A stretch of DNA of 64,000 nucleotides, from positions 16,732-80,731 of the forward strand of contig CAWFQC010000045.1 in the NCBI GenBank assembly GCA_963817645.1, written 5' to 3'. Shown in pieces: positions 13,670 through 24,172 of this stretch (position 1 is its first letter; the number at the start of each line of letters is the position of its first letter). Made by a program: the position numbers and the translations under genes. Below the pieces are notes generated by a model. The model was not told the DNA's origin. It saw only the letters and a list, made by a program, of their open reading frames with translations, and ran no database searches. This stretch comes from an uncultured Gammaproteobacteria bacterium. Lineage in GTDB: Bacteria > Pseudomonadota > Gammaproteobacteria > UBA6002.

Positions 13670-14755
13670 CTAAACAAGAGCCATTTTGATCGTCCCCTGT
13701 TCCACGTGGAACGTCTTGGTCTCATGAGAAAATTGTAATTCAGCAATTGCTGCTGGCTCAATAGCCGTAACAAAGATTTGTGACCTCAGATTGATTAAAA
13801 GTTCCGAGACAAGATCTCTTTTCTCTTTATCTAGCTCAGAGGGCAAGTCATCAATGAGAAAAATACATTCCTTGTTTCCTTGTTGTTGTAACAAAGTGCC
13901 TTGAGCCAATTTAAGAGCATATGCTGCAAGTTTTTGTTGGCCTTGGGACATATAATCAGTAGCCTGTATATTATTAATTTTTAGACATATGTCTGCTCGA
14001 TGTGGGCCATATTGGGTATATCCCAAATACTTGTCTTTATCAAAGCTATCTCTTAATTGTTTGCCAAGAGCCCCCTGTGTATTCCATCCTGCTTTATACT
14101 GCAAGGTAAGTTCATTTGTTGAAAGTAGTTGATCAATAATAACACGAAAAATTGGTTGGAATTTTTCCATGTATTGTTGTCTTTGAGCATCTAGACAGAT
14201 TGCCAAAGTTTGCAACTCATTATCCCATAAAGCAATCTCATGGTAATTGCGCGCTATCTTGAGGTGAGCATTACGTTGTCTGATGATACGGGAAGCTCTT
14301 TGCCAATAATTATAAAACTGTGGTTCCACGTGAAACACTCCCCAATCAAGAAATTGTCTTCGAATTGATGGACCTGAATTAAGGAGAAGATGGCTATCTG
14401 AATTGAACAATTGCAAAGGCAATAGTTGAACAATTTCATACAAAGAACCTACAGATTTTCCACCGATCTTGACGGCGTACGACTCTTTATTTCTCTCTAT
14501 GCCAACAGGAAGCATGCCAATGTTGATATTGAATAGTTGACAAAAAATTGACAAGCTATTGGCGCTGTTGTTAATGATTCGACTAATATTACGGGTACGA
14601 AAGGATCGGCCTAGACCTAAGTAGTAAATTGCTTCGAGCAAGCTAGTTTTACCACTTCCGTTTAGGCCATAAAAAATATTAATTTGAGGGCTAGGGTCTA
14701 AATTAACATATTGGAGATTACGGAAGTTATAAATTTCAATATGGGTTATTTTCAT
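13670..14755 (-). CDS. recF: DNA replication/repair protein RecF
   Basis: NGSGKTSLLEAI, GPHRAD, SQGQQK, LIDDLPSELD; between dnaN and gyrB. Confidence 0.97.
   Translation of the reverse strand: MKITHIEIYNFRNLQYVNLDPSPQINIFYGLNGSGKTSLLEAIYYLGLGRSFRTRNISRIINNSANSLSIFCQLFNINIGMLPVGIERNKESYAVKIGGKSVGSLYEIVQLLPLQLFNSDSHLLLNSGPSIRRQFLDWGVFHVEPQFYNYWQRASRIIRQRNAHLKIARNYHEIALWDNELQTLAICLDAQRQQYMEKFQPIFRVIIDQLLSTNELTLQYKAGWNTQGALGKQLRDSFDKDKYLGYTQYGPHRADICLKINNIQATDYMSQGQQKLAAYALKLAQGTLLQQQGNKECIFLIDDLPSELDKEKRDLVSELLINLRSQIFVTAIEPAAIAELQFSHETKTFHVEQGTIKMALV
13698..13713. promoter_or_regulatory. parS centromere-like site in the recF 3' end
   Basis: TGTTCCACGTGGAACG, with a perfect 14-bp palindromic core GTTCCACGTGGAAC; consensus TGTTNCACGTGAAACA. 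Confidence 0.85.
14322..14337. promoter_or_regulatory. parS centromere-like site within recF
   Basis: GGTTCCACGTGAAACA, one mismatch to the parS consensus. Confidence 0.85.
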
Positions 14756-14758
14756 TAA

Positions 14759-15862
14759 TCAAAGACGCATTGGCATAACAACAAATAAGCTATTTCCTTC
14801 TCTTAGATTACCTTCAATTAGAACACTGTTATTGGCATTAGAAAAAGTCATGGTGACTGTATCATCATCGATATTATCAAATATATCAGTTAGGTATTTG
14901 ACATTAAAACCAATGTCTAAATCATCTTGGCTATAGTTAATGTGGATTTCCTCTTCAGCTTCTTCTCGATCAGGATTATTCGCTAATATGCGCAAAATTC
15001 CATTTCGTAGTTGTATTTGAACCCCCCGCAATTTTTCATTGGATAAAATAGATGCACGAATTAAAGAATGCTTTAGAACATCACGAGATAGAGAAATTAC
15101 TTTATCTCCTCCTTTAGGTAATGCTCTTTCATAATCAGGAAAGCGACCATCAATTAGTTTTGATATGAAAGTAAAGTTAGAGTTACTGACCGTAATATGG
15201 TTAGTCATAATAGAAACTGTGACTTCGTTGATTGTGTCTTCTAACAATCTCATTAACTCAGTTACCCCCTTGCGAGGAATGATAACTTGCGAAAAAATGT
15301 TATTAATAAGAGTTGCTTCCAGTGTATTTAGTGCTAGCCGATGGCCATCAGTTGCAACCGATCGAATGATGCCTTGTTTAATTTCCAGTAGCATTCCATT
15401 TAAATAATAACGGACGTCTTGTTGAGCCATAGCAAAACAAGTGCGGTGAATCAAGGCCCGAAGTTTTTTTTGTTCAATTGAAAATTCAACGGTGTTTTCA
15501 GTTTGCTCCGAGCGGGGATATTCACTGGCAGGTAAGGTGGCTAATGTAAACCGACTTCGCCCTGATTGAATACAACATTTTTCAGAATCAATTGAAAAAT
15601 TAATTAATGCATTAATTGGCAGTGCCCGGCACAAATCCATTAGCTTTCGAGAGGGTATTGTGACTTCACCACTGACTGAAGGGCTAGAAAGTGGAATATT
15701 CACGATAAGTTCAACTTCCAAATCAGTTGCAATAACGGACAGGTCCTTGTCAACTTTAAGTAAAACGTTAGAGAGAATAGGTATCGTCTGTCGTTTTTCA
15801 ACTATAGCAGTAACCAATTGCAAGGGTTTTAGCAAGTCCTCTCGGAGGATAGATAATTTCAT
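14759..15862 (-). CDS. dnaN: DNA polymerase III beta clamp
   Basis: PILSNVLL, ATDLE, QDVRYYLNG, ATDGHRL, C-terminal VVMPMRL. Confidence 0.98.
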   Translation of the reverse strand: MKLSILREDLLKPLQLVTAIVEKRQTIPILSNVLLKVDKDLSVIATDLEVELIVNIPLSSPSVSGEVTIPSRKLMDLCRALPINALINFSIDSEKCCIQSGRSRFTLATLPASEYPRSEQTENTVEFSIEQKKLRALIHRTCFAMAQQDVRYYLNGMLLEIKQGIIRSVATDGHRLALNTLEATLINNIFSQVIIPRKGVTELMRLLEDTINEVTVSIMTNHITVSNSNFTFISKLIDGRFPDYERALPKGGDKVISLSRDVLKHSLIRASILSNEKLRGVQIQLRNGILRILANNPDREEAEEEIHINYSQDDLDIGFNVKYLTDIFDNIDDDTVTMTFSNANNSVLIEGNLREGNSLFVVMPMRL

Positions 15863-15883
15863 CAGTTTTCCTTATGCGAGCAA

Positions 15884-17254
15884 TTAAGTAGATAAAATTC
15901 GCAATAAATTCATGTAATCTTCTTTAATAGCAATATTTTCAGCCATGAGTTCTTTGACTTTGCGACATGCATGCAACACAGTGGTATGATCACGGCCTCC
16001 AAATGCTTCCCCTATCTCGGGCAAACTATGATTTGTTAACTCTTTTGCAAGAGCCATGGCCACTTGGCGAGCTCGTGCTAGAAAACGACTTCTTCTTTTT
16101 GAAAGAAGATCAACCACTTTAACTTTATAATATTCACCAACTGTTTTCTGAATATTTTCGATAGAGACCAGCTTTGCTTGTATTGCTAATAAATCTTTTA
16201 ATGCTTCTCGTGCAAAATCAAGCGTGATAGGCTGACCTGTGAAGTGAGAATTAGCAATAACACGTTTTAAGGCACCTTCAAGCTCTCTGACATTAGATTG
16301 TATCCGTTTAGCAATGAAAAAAGCTACTTCATGAGGCAAGAGGATATTTGACTGCTCAGACTTACTCATTAGGATAGCAACACGCGTCTCAAGTTCAGGA
16401 GGTTCAACCGCAACTGTTAGTCCCCAGCCAAATCTAGATTTCAGCCTATCCTCTAACCCTTTGATTTCTTTTGGATAATTATCGCAAGATAATACAATTT
16501 GGCGCTCGCCATCAAACAAGGCATTAAAAGTATGAAAGAATTCTTCCTGTGAGCGATCTTTTCCGGCAAAGAATTGAATGTCATCAATCAATAAAGCGTC
16601 TACAGATCGATAAAAACGTTTAAAATCATCCATTAAGTTACGTTGTAAGGCTTTAACCATATTCGCCACGAAGCGTTCTGCATGAAGATAGATGACTGTA
16701 GCATTTGGAAATTTTTTTTGAATTATATTCCCAACGGCGTACATTAAGTGAGTTTTTCCTAAACCGACACCACCATAAAGTAATAATGGGTTATATGCAG
16801 TTCCAGGATTTTCAGCAACTTGAAGCGCTGCTGCACGTGCCAATTGATTAGATTTGCCCACAACGAAGTTATCAAAGTTAAAAGAGTTATTTAAATTGGT
16901 TGCACTTGAAAATATATTTAGGGTGCTTTGAACCTCTTTTGCTGGTGTTAACTTGACATCAGTTTTTTCGATTTTCCTAGTAGAACCAATTTTGAGTTTG
17001 ACATTCAAGGATAGGGATTGGCCTAACTCCTGAACCAGTTCGTTAATTCGCTGCAAAAATTGTTCTGAGATCAAGTCAACAATAAAACGATTAGGGGCCA
17101 ACAGTAATAAGCAGTTTTCTTCTTGTTGGACCTGAAGAGGTTTAATCAAGGTATTAAACTCTTTTGGAGGGATCTCCTCTTGGAGATGATCTAAGCATCT
17201 ATGCCAAAGCAGCGTGTCATCCGCAATTGGAGTAGGCTTTTGCCAATTTGACAT
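15884..17254 (-). CDS. dnaA: Chromosomal replication initiator DnaA
   Basis: [25 protein letters not shown], domain [13 protein letters not shown]. Confidence 0.99.
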   Translation of the reverse strand: MSNWQKPTPIADDTLLWHRCLDHLQEEIPPKEFNTLIKPLQVQQEENCLLLLAPNRFIVDLISEQFLQRINELVQELGQSLSLNVKLKIGSTRKIEKTDVKLTPAKEVQSTLNIFSSATNLNNSFNFDNFVVGKSNQLARAAALQVAENPGTAYNPLLLYGGVGLGKTHLMYAVGNIIQKKFPNATVIYLHAERFVANMVKALQRNLMDDFKRFYRSVDALLIDDIQFFAGKDRSQEEFFHTFNALFDGERQIVLSCDNYPKEIKGLEDRLKSRFGWGLTVAVEPPELETRVAILMSKSEQSNILLPHEVAFFIAKRIQSNVRELEGALKRVIANSHFTGQPITLDFAREALKDLLAIQAKLVSIENIQKTVGEYYKVKVVDLLSKRRSRFLARARQVAMALAKELTNHSLPEIGEAFGGRDHTTVLHACRKVKELMAENIAIKEDYMNLLRILST

Positions 17255-17394
17255 TATATTTCACCTTAAGTTAACTATAGGGACCAGGCCTAACTAAAAA
17301 ATAAAATAACTAATTAATAAGTTAGATGCAGTTGCCATCCCCAGTCTTTGAAGTTTGTAGGTCACATGCCTAATTTTATATCGCCTTTAACAAG

Positions 17395-17403
17395 TTATCC
17401 ATA
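17395..17403 (+). promoter_or_regulatory. Candidate DnaA box upstream of dnaA
   Basis: TTATCCATA, one mismatch to TTATCCACA, ~140 bp upstream of dnaA; a single 9-mer in AT-rich DNA is weak evidence. Confidence 0.45.
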
Positions 17404-17420
17404 GTAGAAACTTTTCCTAA

Positions 17421-17450
17421 GATCTCGCGGACAAGCCGCGGGACGACGTA
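17421..17450. repeat. GC-rich palindromic element remnant (REP/RPE-like)
   Basis: GATCTCGCGG-ACAAG-CCGCGGGACGAC hairpin; reverse complement GTCGTCCCGCGGCTTGTCCGCGAGATC resembles palindromic elements of intracellular proteobacteria. Confidence 0.55.
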
Positions 17451-17577
17451 ATGGGAGCTAATTGACGACAGACCCTAGTAATCCTGATGTGAAAATCTTC
17501 CTTTTCCTCTTATCCTAACTATTTAATTAGCTTACAATAAGTCCCAAACACAAACTATCTGGTTAAAAGGGATTACA

Positions 17578-18660
17578 ATGTTAAGACTTGTGGGGATCGG
17601 TGCCTTTGGAAATATGCTTAGTCCATCTGCAATACATTTGAGTAAAGACAACTCGCCAGCCACGTTTATAAGACTATATGATCGTAAACGAGTGTCAGAT
17701 GATAGGCAAGAGCGAAGATTACAATGGATAGCACATGGTGCTTCTTTGGTAGATAATTATGAAGAGTTAATAGCGTCGGATGATTTTGATGGTTTAGTGA
17801 TTTGTGCAGGTAAGAATGGTGATGACCTCCAGATTTTTGGGCAGATTATGCCATTAATTTGCCAACATTTTAAAGGAGTAGAAAAACCATTTATTTTACA
17901 CCATTCAACAGTTAGTGTTGACTTTGTAAAAACAGCTTACGCAGCTTGTTGTTGCTTCAACATCCCTTATGCCAATTATCCTCTGACTGGAGGGTCCAAA
18001 GGCGCAAAAGCAGGAACAATGCTTATTCTTGCCAGTGGTGAAAAATTACTTTACGAGCGTGTAAAGCCTTTTTTAAATGCGATAGGCCAACCCAAATATT
18101 TTGATGAGGAAATAACCACAGGGGCTAAGGTTAAACTTATTGGCCATTTGATGGTATTCAATGGGTTGCTGGGTATTGCCTCTGCCGTTGCACTTCAACA
18201 AAATACCATAGACTTAGCTTTAGGTAAGCAAATTGAATTCTTTGATTTTTTAAACCAAGGTGCTGGTGGTACAAGGCAATGGGATGTGACCTTAAGGCAT
18301 GCATTGGCCGATAATGATTGGCAATCAGGTTTTTTATTATATCATGCCATTATAGACGCAATTTATACGGCTCAATTAGCAATTGAGTCGAAAATACCCT
18401 CGTTTGCAATATATCCCATACTCCAATTAGCGGCGGCTTTTAGCTACCTGCTAAAAAATGTCCATAATGATTTAGCAACTCAATCTATTTTAAACCTATT
18501 AGTTAAACCATCTAGAGAATATGAGGAATTTATCGTAGGGATTCAGAATACATACGCAAAGACATTCTTAGAGAATATTATAGACACTTTACCTATGAGA
18601 CTATCTAATAAAGTGAGACTAAATCTAAGCATGGAGGATTTTATTCAAGGTCTTGAATAA
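17578..18660 (+). CDS. Divergent NAD(P)-dependent beta-hydroxyacid dehydrogenase family protein (3-hydroxyisobutyrate/6-phosphogluconate dehydrogenase-like)
   Basis: GIGAFG Rossmann motif, HHSTVS, PLTGG..GA.AGTM, KVKL catalytic-Lys region. Confidence 0.7.
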   Translation: MLRLVGIGAFGNMLSPSAIHLSKDNSPATFIRLYDRKRVSDDRQERRLQWIAHGASLVDNYEELIASDDFDGLVICAGKNGDDLQIFGQIMPLICQHFKGVEKPFILHHSTVSVDFVKTAYAACCCFNIPYANYPLTGGSKGAKAGTMLILASGEKLLYERVKPFLNAIGQPKYFDEEITTGAKVKLIGHLMVFNGLLGIASAVALQQNTIDLALGKQIEFFDFLNQGAGGTRQWDVTLRHALADNDWQSGFLLYHAIIDAIYTAQLAIESKIPSFAIYPILQLAAAFSYLLKNVHNDLATQSILNLLVKPSREYEEFIVGIQNTYAKTFLENIIDTLPMRLSNKVRLNLSMEDFIQGLE

Positions 18661-18826
18661 GAACTATCAACTGGGGAGATATTATTGAAAGTCCTTAGCT
18701 ATATTTTTTGAAAATTATACTATAATAATTCCCTAGCGGAGGGCGGCTTGCTTCTCACTACCTATCTCCCGTCTTTTAAACGGAGATTTATTTTTAAATT
18801 TAAGGGAATATAATTTAATAAATTGG

Positions 18827-19273
18827 ATGGGACTTCTTATGACCACAGAACGTAAAACACTTTCTATTAAAAAGGCCTCATGTTCATATGGAACTATGTG
18901 GCCAGCTCCTAGTGATATCGATGATATCGTGAATGAACTTAAGCAATCGGTAAGTGACACTTTAAAGAATCATAAAAAGACTACGACGGTTACTTATGAT
19001 CAATATTATCGCTTGAATTTAGATACTGAAAAAAGCTTGAAGGACGCCATTGAGGAATTTTTTAAAAAATTTCAAGTAGCTATGAAATACCCAGCAAAAA
19101 GGAAAGAGAAATTTGAGGAGATGACTCAAAAAATATATAATTCTCTCCTAGAAGAAAAAGAAATAGGCTCGATGGCAGAAATTTTTGAGAAAGTTGTAGA
19201 CAGTTTCTTGAATCCAAAACAAGTATTACCTAAGGTTCCTTGCCCAATGCCTAAAAGAAACAACCTAGGCTGA
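18827..19273 (+). CDS. Hypothetical Lys/Glu-rich helical protein
   Basis: 148-aa ORF filling an intergenic gap with plausible composition; no recognised motif. Confidence 0.55.
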   Translation: MGLLMTTERKTLSIKKASCSYGTMWPAPSDIDDIVNELKQSVSDTLKNHKKTTTVTYDQYYRLNLDTEKSLKDAIEEFFKKFQVAMKYPAKRKEKFEEMTQKIYNSLLEEKEIGSMAEIFEKVVDSFLNPKQVLPKVPCPMPKRNNLG

Positions 19274-19399
19274 ATAACTTCTCAAAGAAATATCTAAGCT
19301 ATAAGGGAACAACTACATTTAGGCATCCCATTGGCAAGCAATTTTCTTAGGAAAGCTCTATTAGTGAGCCAGGCAATAAGTAATCTTGAGGTGAAACTT

Positions 19400-21073
19400 A
19401 TGAAATTACCCATTGGCTATGATGATTTTGGAGAGATCATTGAGAAAGGATTAAATTACGTCGATAAAACTCTTTTCATTAAAGAAATTTTAGATGATAT
19501 AAACACAAAGGCAATTGTCATTACGCGTCCGCGTCGTTTTGGTAAAACATTTAATTTATCCATACTGTATTATTTTTTAGCTGCTGAAGTTATGGGTAAA
19601 TCTACTCAAGGATTATTTGATCAGCTTGAAATCTTTAAATGTGGTGATGAGTATGCACAACACCAAGGGAAATATCCTGTTGTTTCTATCACGTTTAAAG
19701 ATATTAAAAGCAATAACTTCAAAGATGCAAATTCAAAACTATATGAATTGATGATTGGTACTTACGATCAGCATAGTTATCTTGAGACTAGCGATAGATT
19801 AACTCGAAACCAAAGAGGTCTATATGAAATATTAATGGAAAGAAAGGCTGATCAACCGCAATTAGAAAATTCTTTGAAAATATTAATGGAATGTCTATAT
19901 AAACACCATGGAATTAAACCATGGTTATTAATCGACGAATATGACACACCAATCCAAGCAGCTTACGTGAATGGCTATTATGATAAAATGATTGAATTTA
20001 TGCGCGGAATGTTTGGTGCGGCATTAAAAAATAATCCCTACTTAAATAAAGCAGTGATTACAGGTATTTTACGCATCGCTAAAGAGAGCTTATTTTCTGG
20101 CGTAAATAACTTAAAGGTTTATTCTATTCTTAGTCAAAACTATAGCGAGCATTTTGGTTTTACTGAACCAGAGGTCGATAACATTTTGAATAAATCAAAT
20201 TTGTCTGAAAAATCCGCAGAGATTAAACAATGGTATAATGGATATAAAGTCGGTAGAACAACGATTTATAATCCTTGGTCGATTGTAAATTGTATACAAG
20301 AAAAAGGGACTATAAAGCCTTATTGGATTAACACAAGTGATAATCAGCTCATTAAAGATTTGCTCAAGAAATCACCATTGACGATTAAGAAAGATTTTGA
20401 AGAGTTAGTTGAGGGAAATACGGTTGAGAAATTGATTGATGAGCAAATGGCATTTCAATATTTAAATAACAATCCGGAAGCTACTTGGAGTTTGTTATTA
20501 ATGGCCGGTTATCTCAACCCTGTTTCTTCGAAAGACACTGATCAAGGTGTATTTGTTGAGTTGTCTATTCCGAACCGTGAAGTCCGAAATTTGTATCGTC
20601 AAATTATTGAGCAATGGTTGTCCAATGGTTACGGTATTGGATGGTATAACGAATTTATTGAATCTTTGTTAGAGGGGAGAATAGAGGAATTTAAGAATCA
20701 TCTTGAAAAAGTGTTATTACAAATTGTGAGTTGTCATGATGTATCCAAAGAGCCAGAAGCATTTTATCATGGACTTTTATTGGGCTTTATGGTCAGTTTA
20801 AACCAAACGCATGAGATTAAATCAAATCGAGAAAGTGGGCTAGGGCGGTTTGACATTTTGATTATACCAAAGAACTTAGCGAAGTCTGGCATTGTGATGG
20901 AACTTAAAGTAAAAGGCGAAAAAGAAACATTAGAGGTATGTGCTCATCGAGCATTGCAACAAATTGAGCAAAAGAAATATATCGAGGAATTTAAACAGCG
21001 TGGAATTAATAAAGTTATCCAGATTGGGATCGGATTTAAAGGTAAAGAATTTGCTTTGCGAACATGTTCCTAA
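19400..21073 (+). CDS. AAA-ATPase-like protein with C-terminal PD-(D/E)XK nuclease domain (AAA-ATPase_like + PDDEXK_9)
   Basis: KLPIGYDDF, YVDKT, RPRRFGKT, LIDEYDTP, YNPWS, SNRESGLGRFDI..MELK, ALQQIEQKKY; ATG at 19400. Confidence 0.92.
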   Translation: MKLPIGYDDFGEIIEKGLNYVDKTLFIKEILDDINTKAIVITRPRRFGKTFNLSILYYFLAAEVMGKSTQGLFDQLEIFKCGDEYAQHQGKYPVVSITFKDIKSNNFKDANSKLYELMIGTYDQHSYLETSDRLTRNQRGLYEILMERKADQPQLENSLKILMECLYKHHGIKPWLLIDEYDTPIQAAYVNGYYDKMIEFMRGMFGAALKNNPYLNKAVITGILRIAKESLFSGVNNLKVYSILSQNYSEHFGFTEPEVDNILNKSNLSEKSAEIKQWYNGYKVGRTTIYNPWSIVNCIQEKGTIKPYWINTSDNQLIKDLLKKSPLTIKKDFEELVEGNTVEKLIDEQMAFQYLNNNPEATWSLLLMAGYLNPVSSKDTDQGVFVELSIPNREVRNLYRQIIEQWLSNGYGIGWYNEFIESLLEGRIEEFKNHLEKVLLQIVSCHDVSKEPEAFYHGLLLGFMVSLNQTHEIKSNRESGLGRFDILIIPKNLAKSGIVMELKVKGEKETLEVCAHRALQQIEQKKYIEEFKQRGINKVIQIGIGFKGKEFALRTCS

Positions 21074-22704
21074 ATACGAATCAAGGAGACAACAATAATT
21101 AATAGCCCTACAGCTCCCAGAACTATATTAACAATTGGTTTAATTTGCAACGTAAGCATCAGGATATAATTGATAATGGCTGTGATAAGCAAGCCAAAAC
21201 CTAGCCCTAACCATTTACCCGTTGCATATTTTTTAATTTGGTTATGATTCATCTCTGCCTGTTGTTGGGCGGCTTTATTTGATAATGATGAATGGGCTAG
21301 CTCAGGTAGCTCAATCATTCTGTCTATCCAATTTGGCATGTTCTGATATACTTTATTCAGCATGGTTATCGGACTTAATTGCTTTTTGACCCATCTTTCG
21401 ACATAGGGTTTGGCTGTTGCCCATAAATCTAATTCTGGATAGAGCTGTCGACCAAGTCCCTCAATATTGAGCAGCGTTTTTTGAAGTAAGAAAAATTGAG
21501 GTTGCACTTCCATGTGAAATTCCCTTGCTGCCTCAAAGACCTTGACTAATAGCTTTCCAAAAGAAATGTCTTTGAGGGGTCTTTCAAATATAGGCTCACT
21601 CACCCCACGGATGGCTGTTTCAAATTCGTCTATGCGCACTTTTGTGCTGACCCATCCAGATTTAATGTGAAGTTCTGCTACCCGGCGATAATCTCTTCTG
21701 AAGAAGGCCAGCAGATTCTGCGCTAAATAATGTTGGTCTATTGGACTTAACATTCCCATGATGCCAAAATCAACGGCAATATATTTTGCTAACTGAGGGT
21801 TTTCTTTACTGACGAAAATGTTCCCAGGATGCATATCTGCATGAAAAAAGCTATCTCTAAACACCTGCGTAAAAAAAATTTCCACACCATTTTCAGCTAG
21901 CTGTTTAAGATTAATGCCGCTTTGTTTTAGCGTTTCAATATCTGAAATCGGAATGCCATCAACTCTTTCCATAACTAAGATATCTTTGTTGGAAAAATCC
22001 CAAAAAACTTCGGGAACATACAATAAATTTGAGTTTATAAAATTTCGACGTAATTGTGAGGCATTTGCTCCCTCGTGTAATAGATCTAGTTCGTAGGTAA
22101 TCGAACGTTCAAACTCGGCAACAATCTCCCTTAGATGAAGTTTTTTACCGTGAGGGAGGAAATATTCAGTTAGTTTGGCAACACTATATAAAAGGCCAAT
22201 ATCGCGTCGAATGATTTTCTCAATATTTGGCCTTAAAATTTTGACGACAACCTTACGTCCATCTTGCAATTGGGCGGCATGCACTTGAGCAATGGAAGCT
22301 GATGCCAAGGGTACAACCTCAAATGAGGAAAATATATCCTCCACTGGCTTGTTGAATTTTTGTTCAATGATCTTCTTTGCTAGTTCACCCGGAAATGGAG
22401 GAACACGATCCTGCAATTTTTCTAATTCATCTGCTATATCGTCTGGTAAAATATCTCTTCGGGTAGATAAGATTTGCCCAAACTTTACGAAGACAGGGCC
22501 CAATTGCTCCAAGGCTATTCGAATAGATACCCCTCTTGGTAGCGTTTCTCGAGTAAGCCAGTACCAAGGATTAAAATATCTTAAGAATTTGAAAGGTTGT
22601 AAAACTTGTGTTGATAGGGCAATAGTATCAAGCCTATTCCTGAGGATTATAATATTAATATGTAAAAGACGAATTAGTTGTAAGGGTCTTTTCATTAGCT
22701 TCAT
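21070..22704 (-). CDS. ubiB: Ubiquinone biosynthesis protein kinase-like UbiB
   Basis: LGPVFVKFGQILSTRRD, ASASIAQVH, FFHADMHPGN. Confidence 0.96.
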   Translation of the reverse strand: MKLMKRPLQLIRLLHINIIILRNRLDTIALSTQVLQPFKFLRYFNPWYWLTRETLPRGVSIRIALEQLGPVFVKFGQILSTRRDILPDDIADELEKLQDRVPPFPGELAKKIIEQKFNKPVEDIFSSFEVVPLASASIAQVHAAQLQDGRKVVVKILRPNIEKIIRRDIGLLYSVAKLTEYFLPHGKKLHLREIVAEFERSITYELDLLHEGANASQLRRNFINSNLLYVPEVFWDFSNKDILVMERVDGIPISDIETLKQSGINLKQLAENGVEIFFTQVFRDSFFHADMHPGNIFVSKENPQLAKYIAVDFGIMGMLSPIDQHYLAQNLLAFFRRDYRRVAELHIKSGWVSTKVRIDEFETAIRGVSEPIFERPLKDISFGKLLVKVFEAAREFHMEVQPQFFLLQKTLLNIEGLGRQLYPELDLWATAKPYVERWVKKQLSPITMLNKVYQNMPNWIDRMIELPELAHSSLSNKAAQQQAEMNHNQIKKYATGKWLGLGFGLLITAIINYILMLTLQIKPIVNIVLGAVGLLIIVVSLIRI

Positions 22705-22709
22705 AAAGG

Positions 22710-23297
22710 TTAAGTTTCCTTTAAGCGCATATAACGTGCTTCTAGTCGATCGATGTTTAGCCTAAGCGCAGCCAGTTCCTCATAAAAATCTTCAACTTCT
22801 TCTTTTGTAGGTAAAAAACGTTTTTCTTCTTGGATAAACTCAACCAAATCATTTAACGTACGTTGTTGAAAAGAAGTAGTTGAATTTTTTATTTGTCCAA
22901 GGGTATGAAATAAACGATTTGTGGTGATATCTCCCAAAAAATAAGAAAAATATTCTTCCCATTCAATATTCAAATTTCGAAGTAACAGTTGAAAATTCTG
23001 TGCTAGTTCTGTGTCACCTTCAATAACAAGCTGCTTTTCGGGAATGGTTTTTTTAAGTTGTTTTAAAAAGGCAAGAGCATTTCCTGCAATAATAGTATTT
23101 GGTGTTTCACTATAAATTGTGTAAATAAGTAGTTTTATGGGTGTAATTACTAAATAGAAATCTTGTTTTAAATCAGTCATGGTTATTTTGATAACTTTGC
23201 CTTTGTTTTGCTCTAACCATGACTTCGTCTTAGTATCCAATGCTAAAAATGAATTGACAGTAGTTTCCATGAATTTTGCAATAGTCAGCTTAATCAA
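22710..23297 (-). CDS. ubiJ: Ubiquinone biosynthesis accessory factor UbiJ (SCP2 domain)
   Basis: IEGDTELAQ, WEE..S..LGD, DRLEAR; between ubiE and ubiB. Confidence 0.88.
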   Translation of the reverse strand: MIKLTIAKFMETTVNSFLALDTKTKSWLEQNKGKVIKITMTDLKQDFYLVITPIKLLIYTIYSETPNTIIAGNALAFLKQLKKTIPEKQLVIEGDTELAQNFQLLLRNLNIEWEEYFSYFLGDITTNRLFHTLGQIKNSTTSFQQRTLNDLVEFIQEEKRFLPTKEEVEDFYEELAALRLNIDRLEARYMRLKET

Positions 23298-24043
23298 AAC
23301 TTATAACCTCTATGAATAGCCACAACTCCTCCCGTTAAATTATGGTAATCACATCGTTCAAAGCCAGCTTCCGACATCATGTTGCACAAAGCAGCCTGGT
23401 TAGGATGCATTCGAATAGACTCTACTAAATAACGGTAGCTTTTTTCATCATTTGCAATTATTTTTCCAAAAAGAGGTAAAAAATTAAATGAATATAAATC
23501 ATAAAGCTTATTTAAGAAGAGGGAAGTTGGATGCGAAAATTCTAAGATAATTAACTTACCACCAGGCTTTAAAGTATGGAAGATTGATTTTAAGGCCATA
23601 TCTTTATGGGTGATATTGCGTAATCCAAAAGCAAGAGTAATAACATCAAAGGTATTATCTGGGAAAGGGATGACTTCAGCGCTGATTTGAATATAGTGAA
23701 CATTATTAACTAGCCCTTTCTCGATTAAACGTTTGCGGGCAATAGCAAGCATTGATGCATTAATATCAGTAACAAATAGCTGGCCGGAAGTATCTAAAAG
23801 GGGTGCCATTCGTAGCGAAAGATCACCAGTCCCTGCTGCTAGATCAAGTAGCCAATGAGAAGGGCGAATAGAGGCAAGTTCAATTGAAAATCTTTTCCAT
23901 AACCGATGAATGCCAAAGGACATAACATCATTCATAAGGTCATAGTGGGTTGCAACTGAATTAAAAACGCTGGCGACCCGGTGAGTCTTCTCCTCTTGGG
24001 AAATTTTTTCAAACCCAAAGTCAGTCATGTTATTTGAAGACAT
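23294..24043 (-). CDS. ubiE: Ubiquinone/menaquinone C-methyltransferase UbiE
   Basis: TDFGF, YDLMNDVMSFGIHRLWK, YRYLVESIRMHP. Confidence 0.97.
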   Translation of the reverse strand: MSSNNMTDFGFEKISQEEKTHRVASVFNSVATHYDLMNDVMSFGIHRLWKRFSIELASIRPSHWLLDLAAGTGDLSLRMAPLLDTSGQLFVTDINASMLAIARKRLIEKGLVNNVHYIQISAEVIPFPDNTFDVITLAFGLRNITHKDMALKSIFHTLKPGGKLIILEFSHPTSLFLNKLYDLYSFNFLPLFGKIIANDEKSYRYLVESIRMHPNQAALCNMMSEAGFERCDYHNLTGGVVAIHRGYKF

Positions 24044-24172
24044 AGAAAGTCCTATTTAATTTTGAATTAATTATACGTTGATCCTTGCTTTTAGCATAGG
24101 CATTATGGATTAATATCAAATGGATTCTTGATATGTCTATGCTATAGGAACATGTTTGAAAGGTTAGTAAAA

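Noticed and set aside
17255-17577. oriC
   Set aside because: Only one imperfect DnaA box; no box cluster or clear DUE repeats.
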